NCBI GenBank assembly: GCA_030390025.1
Contig: JASTWF010000355.1
Location: forward strand, 372,001-436,000
Direction of reading: 5' to 3'
DNA from: Squalus acanthias
Lineage: Eukaryota
Length of the DNA: 64,000 nucleotides
Shown here: positions 23,105-34,224 of the stretch, in pieces
Layout of the letters: each line of letters begins with the position of its first letter
How positions within the stretch are numbered: the first letter of the stretch is position 1
The notes under the pieces: generated by a model
The model's input: only the letters and a program-made list of their open reading frames with translations
Databases searched by the model: none
What the model was told of the DNA's origin: nothing
Made by a program: the position numbers and the translations under genes

Positions 23105-24190
23105 TTTTGTCTTCGTATATGGGATGTGGGTGTCGCTGGCAGGGCGAGCGATTACTGCCCATCCCGAATTAACCTTCAGAAGGTGGTGGTGAACCGCCTT
23201 CTTGAACGGCTGTAGTCCGTGTGGTGAAGGTACTCCCACAGTGCTGTTAGGGAGGGAGTTCCAGCATTTTGACCCAGCGACGATGAAGGATCTGCGATAT
23301 ACTTCTATGTCAAGATGGTGTGTAACTTGGAGGGGAACTTGGATGTGGTGGTGTTCCCATGTGCCTGCTGCCATTGTCTTTCTAGGTGGAAGAGGTCGAG
23401 GGTATGGGAGGTGCTGCCGAAGAAACCTTGTCGAAATGCTGCAGTGCATCGTGTAGATGGTACACACTGCAACCAAGGTTCGCCAGTGGTGGAGGGAGTG
23501 AATGTTTAAGGTGGTAGATGGGGTGCCAATCAGCCGGGCTACTATGTCCTGGATGGTGTCCAGCTTCTTGAGTGTTGTTGGAGCTGCACTCATCCAGGTT
23601 GGTGAACAGCATTCCATCACACTTCATACTTGTGCCTTATTATAGTAGTAATTCTTTGGGGAGTCAGGAGGTGAGACACTCGCTGCTGAATACCTAAACT
23701 CTGACCTGCTCTTGCTGCCACTGTATTTATTTGGCTGGTCTAGTTATGTTTATGTTCAATGCTGGCCCCCAGGATGTTGATGGTGGGGGTTTTGGCGATG
23801 GTAATGCCATTGAATGTCAAGGGGCGGTGGTTAGACTCACGTTTGTTGGAGATAGTCATTGCCTGGCACTTCCGTGGCGCGAATGTCACCTGCCACTTAT
23901 CTGCCCAAGCCTGAACCTCGTCCAGGTCTTGTTGCATGCGGCCATGGACTGCTTCATTATCTGAGGAGTTGTGACTGCCACTGAACACCTTGCAGTCATC
24001 AGCGAATATCCCTATTTCACACCTTATGTTGGAGGGTAGGTCATTGATGAAGCAGCTGAAGTTGGTTGGGCGGAGGGCAATGCCCTAAGAAACTCCTCAG
24101 CGATGTCCTGGGGCTGTGATGATTGGCCTTCAATCACCATAACCATCTTCCTTTGGGCTATGTATGACTCCAGCCAGTGAAGAGTTTCCC
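23105..24190 (-). mobile_element. Non-LTR retrotransposon 3' fragment (same family as 15010-15790)
   Basis: MQQDLDEVQAWADKWQVTFAPRKCQAMTI and WMSAAPTTLKKLDTIQ. Confidence 0.85.
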
Positions 24191-24334
24191 CCCACCCCGA
24201 TTCCCATTGACTGATACTAACATAGTAAAAGTTAACTAAAGGCATTAGAAGTTACATCTATCAATCCACAACACAATGGAAACGGTTATCAAGTGAATTT
24301 CAAAAGGGCAAAAGGAACAATTGCCTGTTACCCA

Positions 24335-24552
24335 ACAATTAGTTTGAGTGTTTTTATTAGTTTGATGTACTGGCTTAGTTTGAGATGAAGTCTTTGTTTG
24401 AGAGGCTGAATCAGTTTGAAGTGCGGTAATAGTTTGAGGTGAGTTATCCTTTTGATATGCTCTATTAGTTTGGGGTTTTGTATTAGTTTGAGGTGCTGCA
24501 TTAGTGTGAGATGCTGCATTAGTTTGAAGTACGGTATTTGTTTGAGGCACTT
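24335..24552. repeat. Degenerate 18-bp satellite (gtattagtttgaggtgct-like)
   Basis: tagtttga recurs every 18 nt; related to arrays at 49910-50062 and 50770-51500. Confidence 0.8.
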
Positions 24553-24766
24553 AATTCGAAGGTTTTGTACATCTAAGTTTTGAATCAGTAACAATGCTCT
24601 CTTTGCGATTGTCCCTTTATTAAATACATTATAGCGATTTATTACCAAACCTGATTTAAACACGACTAATGTGTGATAACAAATACCTAACTTGAACAGC
24701 CCAATTGTCTAATTATGAAATTCATAGACACAAACTCCACACATTCAGTGGGTCACTGAACGGCCT

Positions 24767-25025
24767 CAGTTAAAGAGGGCAGGCACATCCCAGAGTGCAG
24801 TGGAGCAGCCCTGAGAGGACAATCTGACATTTGGAATTGTATTACAGAATGGCTACATTTAGCTAAAGCAGCCACATCTCAGAGTGCAGTGGAGCATCCC
24901 TGAGAAGACTCTGTAACATTTGGAATTTAATTTCTGATTGGCCACAGTTAAAGAGGGCAGCCCCATCCCAGAGTACAGCTGAGCAGCCCTGAGAGGAACA
25001 CTCTAACATTTGGAATTGAATTTCT
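24767..25025. repeat. Three ~90-bp tandem copies upstream of gene A
   Basis: cacatcccagagtgcagtggagcagccctgagagg...acatttggaatt repeated three times. Confidence 0.8.
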
Positions 25026-25298
25026 GAAAGAACACAGCAGAGTGAAGAACATCATCGAAACAATATGAGATCTATAAATGGGCCTGATAGTGTTGGAAGG
25101 AATAACATAATTTCCGGGAGAATCCAGCTTCCAATTTTCATTTGTTAATTAATGTGAGCAGAATTCTCCAGTCTTTGGTGTTTACAATTTCAGTCTCTGC
25201 ACTCGAAATATTACATCACAATAGGGACTTAACTCGGCTGTCGTCATCTGTTTTTTCAAATTGAAAAATATCTTTTTTGCACGATGATGCAACCTCAA

Positions 25299-25414
25299 TG
25301 TCCCTGTGGAGATCCCGCGGCGTATAAATTGAAGGTTCGGGGAATGTATTGCCTCAAAGTTTAATTCAGAGAGATTGCCTACAGCACGAAGGGACACATC
25401 GCTTCACACCGAAA
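25299..25414 (+). promoter_or_regulatory. Putative core promoter and 5' UTR of gene A
   Basis: TCCCTGTGG at 25301 and TATAAAT at 25323, 92 nt before the ATG; aligns with 50525-50640 with the same spacing. Confidence 0.7.
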
Positions 25415-25826
25415 ATGATTGAAACATATTACTATATCGAGAAAATTTACTACCCGATTCTTGCCATCATTGGTGTTACTGGTAAGTGAATTTAACCATT
25501 GAAGTTGTGTAAATCTGAGTGTGAGCTGGGCTCTGGTTTTGTTCTTCCACGGATAATATTACATGCTGATCTAGTGCCGTACGTAATACAGGCACTCGAT
25601 CAGTGATAACATTCGCATAACAATGGGTGTCATAAATGTTCACGATCCTTTTATACCATTGTCTTATCTAAATATACGTTACAGCTTAAGTCTCGTAGCC
25701 AAGTTAAATAATAAAATGACTAACTTTTATCGAATTAAGTGGATAACCCCCTGCTTTCAGTGCTGAAAACAACCCGGTACTCTTTATTAATGGAGGTGCC
25801 TTTCACTTTACAATTATACCGATCTT

Positions 25827-26015
25827 GGGTCACTGACAGAAGTGGAGCAGCTGACCCCAGTAGCCATGTATTACTGTGAGTATCTGTCACTATATAATTC
25901 TACTGAGTGTGGGTCACAAACCGGAGTGGAACACCTGACCCCAGTGGCCATTTATTACTGGGAGTAATAGTCACTGTAGAATTACACTGAGTGTGGGTCA
26001 GTATCTGGAGTGGAC
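25827..26015. repeat. ~83-bp tandem repeat, about 2.3 copies, in intron of gene A
   Basis: gggtca...agtgga...ctgaccccagt.gccat.tattactg repeated. Confidence 0.7.
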
Positions 26016-26230
26016 GGAATGGTTTCTACTTTGAAATCGTTGGCCTTGAATTCACTGTGTGCGGCATAACTAAGAAGTACGCTGCCGAAATCCGAACCAA
26101 ATCAGTCTTACATCACGCGAACCCCCTTTGAAAAGTTGCTTTCTAACGCTGCAGAGTTGTGTGCAGCACACTAGACCACGGATCCCAGCGTCACACCGTT
26201 GTGCTTGAGCGTACATATGATCATGTGGGT

Positions 26231-27506
26231 TGTAGGCTTCGCAAAATCCCCCAGAAACTCGAACAGAACCCTAAGTGAGGTGATTTGAGGTAAAAACCTC
26301 AGTTTTGGACATTTTAAAAGATCAGGGAAGGAACAAACCTGAGGAAAATGACTTTTTGTATCTTACTGTTGGGAAAGACACCTTTCACAGACACCGACAG
26401 GCTGCGGAGGGGCGAGGCCAGGCAGTGGACAGCTTTGGGTATTGGGGCCCAATCAAGCTGTCTGCGAATGTGTTTACACTGCCTTTCTACAAAGGGGTAA
26501 GAGACAAACCCAAATCCTCACACACATCGAAATATGAATATTCCAAGACCTCTTTTGAAATTTCCAGGCCCAAAGAGAAAACCAGAAGCCTGAAATCACT
26601 AAAACATTTAGTGACACGAATTACTTCATCAAAAACCAATCAACCAGGTATCCACAGAACAGATCTAAAAGCCTGCCAAAAAACCTAGGACAATAGGGAC
26701 AAGATTTGGCGCGTAGATAAAGGCCTTGCCTAAATCGGAAGCTATCAGGACATGTTTAACACCAAGTTAAAGCCATCGAAACTGACAAGCCCGCCAATAC
26801 TATGAAAATGGAATCGACAGGGCTCATTTGAAATCTAAAGGAAACTGTTTTAGTAAGGGGTTTTGGCCTCGAAAAGGACAAAGGGGCTGAACAAATATAA
26901 TTGGGAGACTAATGTACCAAGACTCTCTCTCTCTCTGTACTCGCTGACAACGCTCTCAAAGCTCGCACAGCTCTCGCTCTCAGCTCTGCTCCAGCAAAGA
27001 CACCACAAGCCACGAGGAGGAGGAGGAAAGAAGGCCAACAACTTCACAAACAGACCAACACACAAGAAGAAACCAGAGCGACTGCCTCAATGACCATTGG
27101 ACACCTCGCGGCAAAAAGGGCCTTACGAAAGCTTTTAATCAAAAGACTCTAAACCCTAACTCTCAACTGTCAAGGATTAGTTTTGTGAACATTATCCCTG
27201 ATCTCCTGAAACCAAAACCTAGCTAGATAGTGGGATTTTTGGGAGGGATAAGGTTTTTTTTGTATATTTCCATTCTCCCTCGCCTGTACCGTCTGTTTCC
27301 CAACCTGTGTTTAAGTATTAAGTGTGTTTTAAGTTTGTTACCTTTTTCTTTTAATAAAGTCAGAATTCTTTCATCAGAACCTGTTGTCCACTGCATCTTT
27401 GTTAACAACCCCTAAAAAGTCCAAAGTCTAGGTACCAGGGGCGTGGGAGCGAATTGAACCGCTCACTGAGTCAGAGGTGAAGGCTACCCCACTACCACCC
27501 CCTATA
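26231..27506 (+). mobile_element. Probable ~1.3 kb solo LTR in the intron of gene A
   Basis: TGTAGG...CCTATA imperfect IR ends; flanks gggt/gtgt resemble a decayed 4-bp TSD; AATAAA at 27353. Confidence 0.55.
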
Positions 27507-27709
27507 GTGTTGGTGTTCCTTTCACTTCCTGAATCTCAACCAATCAGGAAACAGAGGAAATTGCTACATGGCTATAGAAGACAGAACTCTTCTACAGGCA
27601 TATATTTACAATCGACATAGCGTTAACTAACCACTCTTAATTCAAAATGTTAGCAGAAAACGCTGGAAAAATTCAGCAGGCCAGGCAGCATCCGTGGAGA
27701 GAGAAAGAG

Positions 27710-27746
27710 AGTTAACGTTTCAGGTCGATGACCTTTCATCAGAACT
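27710..27746 (-). ncRNA. Minimal type I hammerhead ribozyme motif
   Basis: Exact reverse complement of 28668-28704. Confidence 0.75.
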
Positions 27747-28061
27747 GGGAAGAGCCGGAAATCAAATAGATTTAAGGCCAGGGTAAAGCTGGGAAAAGGG
27801 GGAGGGGATAAAGGAACAAAGGGGGAGATGAAGAGACATTAAGAGACATTAAGAGATATGCAAGGCTAGAGGTGGTGTTAATGTGACAGATTAAGGCTGA
27901 ATGAAATGTGAAATCCACTGGCAGAATGAAGGACAGCTGCCAGCTTCCCCAGCACCTCTTCCCCTTCGCCCGGCACCTTCCCGTGCACGCGCAGGAGATG
28001 CAACACCTGCCCTTATACCTCCCCTCTTCCCACTGTCCAGGGCCCCAAACACCCCTTCCAG

Positions 28062-28391
28062 GTGAAACAGCGATTTACTTGTACTTCCTGCAATTTAGTA
28101 TACTGTATTCGCTGCTCACGATGTGGACTCCTCTACATTGGGGAGACCAAACGCAGATTGGGTGACCGCTTTGTGGAACACCTCCGTTCAGTCCGTAAGG
28201 TGGACCCCGAGCTCCCGGTGGCCTGTCACTTTAATTCACCGCTTCACTCCCACTCTGACCTCACCGTCCTCGGCCTATTACACTGTTCCACGGAAGCTCA
28301 GCGTAAGCTCGAGGAACAGCACCATATCTTTCGTTTAGGCACGCTACAGCCCTCTGGACTCAATATCGAGTTCAACAATTTTAGATCATAA
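28062..28391 (+). CDS. Penelope-like GIY-YIG endonuclease domain (C-terminal fragment of the element ORF)
   Basis: FTCTSCNLVYCIRCSRCGLLYIGETKRRLGDRFVEH...PVACHFN...GLN; uninterrupted but lacks the RT. Confidence 0.9.
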   Translation: MKQRFTCTSCNLVYCIRCSRCGLLYIGETKRRLGDRFVEHLRSVRKVDPELPVACHFNSPLHSHSDLTVLGLLHCSTEAQRKLEEQHHIFRLGTLQPSGLNIEFNNFRS

Positions 28392-28667
28392 CCTCAGCTC
28401 CAATCACATTTATATTTTATTTTATCCACCCTTTTATTTGTCCCCCCCACCTTTTTTTTCCTCCTAGAAGCTGGCAGCTGTCCTTCATTCTGCCAGTGGA
28501 TTTCACACTTCATTCAGCCTTATTCTGTCACATTAACACCACCTCTAGACTTGCATATCTCTTAATGTCTCTTAATGTCTCTTCATCTCCCCCTTTGTTC
28601 CTTTATCCCCTCCCCCTATTCGCAGCTTTACCCTGGCCTTAAATCTATTTGATTTCCGGCTCTTCCC

Positions 28668-28704
28668 AGTTCTGATGAAAGGTCATCGACCTGAAACGTT
28701 AACT
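28668..28704 (+). ncRNA. Minimal type I hammerhead ribozyme motif
   Basis: AGUU-CUGAUGA-A-AGGUC-AUC-GACCU-GAAA-CGUU-AACU: stem I AGUU/AACU, stem II AGGUC/GACCU, palindromic AACGUU in place of stem III. Confidence 0.78.
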
Positions 28705-29689
28705 CTCTTTCTCTCTCCACGGATGCTGCCTGGCCTGCTGAGTTTTTCCAGCGTTTTCTGTTGTTATTTCGGATTTCCAGCATCCGCAGTATTTTGCTAT
28801 CGTAATTCAAAATGTTGCTTGAAGTGATTTTAAAAATAGCAATATATATTTAAGTTATGGCAGATAGACATTTTATCAAACATCATTGATGAGTATGTAT
28901 AAAAACTCATGTAGCATTTGTTAAATATACGGTACTTATTTACTCAGCATTAGATTAGATGCTTCAATATTTTAACTGTACCCATAAATATCAAAGCTTA
29001 GTAACAAATTATTCTATAAACAAGTAGGTTCTTTCTTTTAAAACCAGACACAAATGTTATTCCCCACCAAACCCTGTTACTGGTAGCCATACCCCGAGGG
29101 ATTGTTCATAAAAGTGCGATCTTATCCAAACATTTGTGTGGTTTTAATTTCCTGCCTAGCCACCTTTGACATTTGCCGTTACGCCCCACAAGAGTTATTT
29201 TATTTGACAAAAAAATCGTTGTAAAATCAACGAAAGTGGAGCCCAACAGAATATATTTACGTACACAATGTTAGAAACAGTCAATGGCTCAGTCAGCATC
29301 CGTCAACTTAAACAATTTTCTCATTCCCCCTCTCCTCACGCTGTGCAACAGACGCCTTCTCCTTTTTGCACCCGATGCAAAATAATTCGGGGTAATGAAT
29401 GCGCAGTAGGTGGGAAATTAGACCAACTTTTCCCCAGCACGTTCTGTTGAATGAGGAGGTAAGATGGCGTGCACTTGTGTCATCATACGGACCGCGAATT
29501 CAGGGTTAGTATTTCAGGTGACTGATCTCTCAACTCCATGCAACTGTCTTTGTGTTTTAGGAATGTTATCGATTGAGATTTGGCGTATTTTCGCTGTCGT
29601 TTGAAAATGTTTAAAATGAGGAGCATAAAGTGAAATCTATTGATATTGCGCTGTTTTCTATGGAGCTGCACCAATCGAAATAGATGCTT

Positions 29690-30560
29690 AACCGGAAGTA
29701 AATACCGCGAGATGCTGGAAATTTGGAATAACAACAGAAACTACTGTAAATACTCGTCAATCAGGCAGCATTTGTGCAGAGAGAGAAACAACGTTAACTG
29801 TACATGTCGATGAGTCGTAACTGCTCTGAACCACGTTCTACACCAGAGTTTCTGATTTACCTTCCTTTTCCCTCTATGGAGGATTTACCTCCAGCGTGCT
29901 TCCCAGTGTGCTGGACCGTGTCCGTAAATTTCCCCCTAATTCTACACTCGCCCTTTCACTTCCCTCCCAGATATCCCAACCCCCAACTCCCGTCCTCACC
30001 TTCCACCCTACCGGCTTTCATATCAGCGGATCACCCCCCACCATTTCCGGCACCTTCCTGCCACCACCAATCAATTCTTCCCCTCTTCTCCACTTTCAGC
30101 ATTCCGAGAGGAACCTTCCCTCTGAAACAGCTTGGCACACACTTCATTCACCCATACCCGCTCCCCTTCACATGGCGCCACCCTGTTCAAGGGCAGGGGA
30201 TGCAACACCTGCCCTTTCAACTCCTCCCTACACTCCATCCAGGCCGCCTACCACTCCTTCCAGGTGAGTTAGCGATTTACTTGTACTTAGTTTAGTTCTG
30301 TATACGGCCTTCGCTGCTCACGATGCGGTCTACTCAACATCAGCGAGAACAAACGCAGATTGGGTGAGGGCTTTGCTGAAAACTTCCACTCAGTAAAGTT
30401 CGCAAGCATGACGCAGAGCTTCAGCTCGCTTGCCATTTTAGTTCACTGTCCCGCTTCCACATTGACCTCACTGCCCTCCACCTCCTACACTACTCCAACA
30501 AAGGTCACCGGAAGCACGAGTCAAAGCAGCTCATCTTTCGAATAGGCTTTAAAAATATCC
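29690..30560 (+). mobile_element. Old Penelope-like fragment, also with an inverted pseudo-LTR piece at its 5' side (29690-29805)
   Basis: Degenerate match to 27950-28340 (gatgcaacacctgccc, ttccaggtga, tcgctgctcacgatg, aaacgcagattgggtga). Confidence 0.75.
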
Positions 30561-32429
30561 GGATCCATTCCTCACTATCAGCACAGCCTTCTATTCTTTT
30601 CTGCTCATGTACCTATCGAGCGTCACCTGAAATGTGTCGATGCTGCTCCCCTCAACTGCTCCAAGTTCAACATTTTAATTATTCTCTGCGTAATGAATTT
30701 ACTCCTGAATTCCTTATTGGATTTATTAATGACTGCATTTTATTCATGCCGCCTAGTTTTGAATTCCCCACAAGTCATAGAATGATAGAATCAAATACTA
30801 AGCCCTTGATATTAAAGGGGCGTGTTACTTCGGCGGGGTGGGCGGGGTTTTGGAAAGTAAGTCAGAAGTCCGGGTTTCACCGCAGGCAGTTCAGACTGAT
30901 TGAAAGGTTTGGCTTCCTGTCGGGCGGGAAGGACTCCGGAGCAGGCCGCAGGAGCAGATAGGGCCGATCCATGAACTCCAGGGGTTTTTGATCCGGGTTC
31001 CGAGGGGTTTCCATCTTGTACCTGGGGTGGGGGTGGCTTCCGTTAAACCCGGAAGTGCGGGGTTTGTGATCGTTGATGAGATTTTAAAAGCTTTAAACTC
31101 TGTCGCGAACACAACCCACGCGTTTTTGTCTGCTGAAATGTAACCAGTACTGTCGTGGCTCAGAGACGGAGAATGCTTTATCAGTAATTTGCAGCCTGTT
31201 TTCCCTTCTCTTTTTACAGTTAATTTAGTGGCGATTGTGATCCTCTCCCGAGGGAAGTGCGGGCTCACCACCTGCATCACTCGCTACCTGGTGGCCATGG
31301 CAGCAGCGGATCTGCTGGTCATTATCACTGAGGTCATACTGTATCGGATCAATTATTATTATTTCCCAGTGTGTTTCCTGGACATCACCCCTGTGTGTAA
31401 TGTCACCAAGGTCCTGACTTGCGCGGCCACAGACTGTTCTGTGTGGTTCACCGTCAGTTTCAGCCTTCGATCGATTTGTGGCCATTTGTTGCCAGAAGCT
31501 GAAACCTAAATATTGCACCGAGAAAACTGCAGCTGTGGTTCTAGCAACAAGCTGCACTCTGCTCTGTTTAAAAAACGTTCCCTTCTACTTTGCATATGAA
31601 CCTGAAGAGATAATCTGTTATGTAAAGCCAAGCTATTTTATTGAGCCCGGATGGGTGGGATTTGGCTGGTTTGATATGATTTTAACCCCATTGCTCCCAT
31701 TTGCTTTAATTTTGTTGCTCAACGCTCTGACAGTCAGACACATTTTAGTGGCCAGTCGAGCCCGTAAGGGACTCAGGGGTGAGAGCAAAGGAGAGAAGCG
31801 CTGTGACCCAGAGATGGAGAGCAGAAGGAAGTCTGTGATTTTGCTCCTCGCCATATCCGGCAGCTTCATACTTCTGTGGTTGATAGCTGTTGTCGATTTC
31901 TTATATTATAACATTGCAGTAACAGACCCCATAGATTACAATGAATCCTTACAAATCTTTCAACAAGTTGGAAATATGCTGGTGAATTTAAGCTGCTGCA
32001 CAAACACTTTTATTTATGGGGTTACCCAGTCCAAGTTCAGAGGGCAGTTGAAGAGCGCGGTGAAATATCCGGTTACCTCTATTATTCAGTTCATTAATAA
32101 TCAGAACAACTGAGCGCAGCCCAGAGGCGGGTCTCAGTGTTTCCAGTCCATGAATGTAATATTTATCCCCAGAGTTCCATCAACTGAATTACACCAGGAA
32201 TCGCTGGTGATCGAAAAATAGAACCAACGGCACAATTTCTGACTGCCAGTTCGAACACTGCCTTTCGGGACAGGACCACTAGTTTGCTGCATTCAATACG
32301 AGCGCTTCTGTAAAGAGTCACTTCGTCTATTTAGTGAAGCAATTCATTGGAAGCTTCCAGAGTAAGAAACCCGTCAATAGTTAGGCAGACTGAGCTGAGC
32401 TGCCGTTCAGAGGATTACATTACCCAGAA

Positions 32430-34170
32430 TAAAAAGCCCGCAATATGCCATTCGGCCCAACTAGTCTTTGCTGGTGTTTATGCTCCACATGAGTCTCCTC
32501 CCATTGCATCTATCTCATCTCAGCCTGTCAGTCTACATTTATATTCCCTTTCTCTCATTTAATCGCCTGGTTTTTCCTTTGAAAACGTAAAAGCTCTTTG
32601 CCTCCGCCATTTCCTGTGGTAGCGAGTTCCAGATTCTAAATTCTCTGATTTAATGAATACCTCCTTATTTCCCTATTGGATTTATTCGTAACTATTTTGT
32701 TTTGATGGCCCCTAGTTTTAGATTCTCCCACAAGTAGAAGCATTTTCTCCACATCGACACTGTCCAAAACATTCTTAATTCTAAAGATCTCTATCAGGTG
32801 ACCTCTAAGTCTTAAATAACAACAGAAAACGCTGGAAAAACTCAGCAGGCCAGGCAGCATCCGTGGAGAGAGAAAGAAAGTTGACGTTTCAGGTAGATGA
32901 CCTTTCATCAGAACTGGGAAGAGCCGGAAATCAAATAGATTTAAGGCCAGGGTAAAGCTGGGAAAAGGGGGAGGGGATAAAGGAACAAAGGGGGAGATGA
33001 AGAGACATTAAGAGACATTAAGAGATATGCAAGGCTAGAGGTGGTGTTAATGTGACAGATTAAGGCTGAATGAAGTGTGAAATCCACTGGCAGAATGAAG
33101 GACAGCTGCCAGCTTCTAGGAGGAAAAAAAGGTGGTGGAGGGGACAAATAAAAGGGTGGATAAAATAAAATATAAATGTGATTGGAGCTGAGGTTATGAT
33201 CTAAAATTGTTGAACTCGATATTGAGTCCAGAGGGCTGTAGCGTGCCTAAACGAAAGATGAGGTGCTCTTCCTCGAGCTTACGCTGAGCTTCCGTGGAAC
33301 AGTGTAATATGCCGATGACGGTGAGGTCAGAGTGGGAGTGAAGCGGTGAATTAAAGTGACAGGCCACCGGGAGCTCGGGGTCCCCCATACGGACTGAACG
33401 GAGGTGTTCCGCAAAGCGGTCACCCAATCTGCGTTTGGTCTCCCCAATGTAGAGGAGTCCACATCGTGAGCAGCGAATACAGTATACTAAATTGGGAGGA
33501 AGTACAAGTAAATCGCTGTTTCACCTGGAAGGGGTGTTTGGGGCCCTGGACAGTGGGAAGAGGGGAGGTATAAGGGCATGTGTTGCATCTCCTGCGCGTG
33601 CACGGGAAGGTGCCGGGCGAAGGGGAAGGGGTGCTGGGGGTGGTAGAGGAGTGGACTAGGGTGTCGCGGAGGGAGCAGTCCCTACGGAATGCTGAAAGGG
33701 GAGGTGAGGGGAAGATGTGTTTCGTGGTGGGATCACGCTGGAGGTGGCGGAAATGGCGGAGGATGATCCGCTGAATGTGGAGTCTTCTTTGTTCCACGGA
33801 AAAAATCCCAAACTTGTTGAATCTTTCACGATAACTGTAATCTCTCAGTTCTGGTCCCATCCGTGTACATCTTTTTTCACTTTCTCCAATGCTTTTTATA
33901 GTATGGAGACCAGGACTATGCGCAGTACTCGAAGTGCGAGCTGACTTGGGTCCTGTACAAGTTGAACATAACTTCACTACTTTTGAATTCTATGCCATTA
34001 GAAATAAGCCCCTTTGCTTTCTTATGCATGTTTAACTGTGTTGCCGAACTGAGATTGTGCTTTTAATGATTTGTTGATCTGTATCTCTATATCCCTTTGC
34101 TCGTTTCCACCATTTATGTTCTTATTTTATAACGTTTAAGTTATGTTTCTGTTTTTCTTACCAAAGGGAA
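32430..34170 (-). mobile_element. Degraded CR1 3' fragment hosting a Penelope-like insertion
   Basis: LRGHLIEIFRIK...ESKTRGH to the left of the insert and YRERFNKFGIFSVEQRRL to the right. Confidence 0.8.
32814..33780 (-). mobile_element. Young Penelope-like element (same family as 27652-28802), GIY-YIG frameshifted; hammerhead variant at ~32879-32915
   Basis: Near-identical reverse copy; agtctt duplicated at 32808-32813 and 33781-33786. Confidence 0.92.
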
Positions 34171-34224
34171 TCTCCTCACATTTCTCTATGTTAAAGCATT
34201 ATTGGGTTATGCTCTCTTACCTTA

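Larger units (their letters stand above)
27652..28802 (+). mobile_element. Young 5'-truncated Penelope-like element with inverted 5' pseudo-LTR and 14-bp TSD
   Basis: TSD taattcaaaatgtt at 27638-27651 and 28803-28816; inverted arms 27652-27947 and 28467-28762; GIY-YIG ORF between them. Confidence 0.93.
25415..32113 (+). pseudogene. GPR139/GPR142-like class A GPCR, gene A: exon 1 25415-25481, exon 2 31220-32113; frameshifted
   Basis: Exon 1 MIETYYYIEKIYYPILAIIGVT+G|gtaagt; acceptor tttttacag| at 31219 gives an in-frame VNLVAIVILSRGKCGL...YLVAMAAADLLV; DRF motif; NLSCCTNTFIY in TM7. +1 frameshift at ~31463 just before DRF, and 6 codons (DNVPWF in gene B) missing in ECL2. Confidence 0.88.

Noticed and set aside
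30800..31055. GC-rich patch as a regulatory element before exon 2 (similar patches at ~26040-26220 and ~61610-61850)
   Set aside because: More likely decayed DNA-transposon fragments; I could not define ends or show homology between paralogs.
31189..31219. ORF-track starts for the receptors (31189, 61913)
   Set aside because: They are non-ATG starts in intronic polypyrimidine regions; the real starts are in upstream exons.
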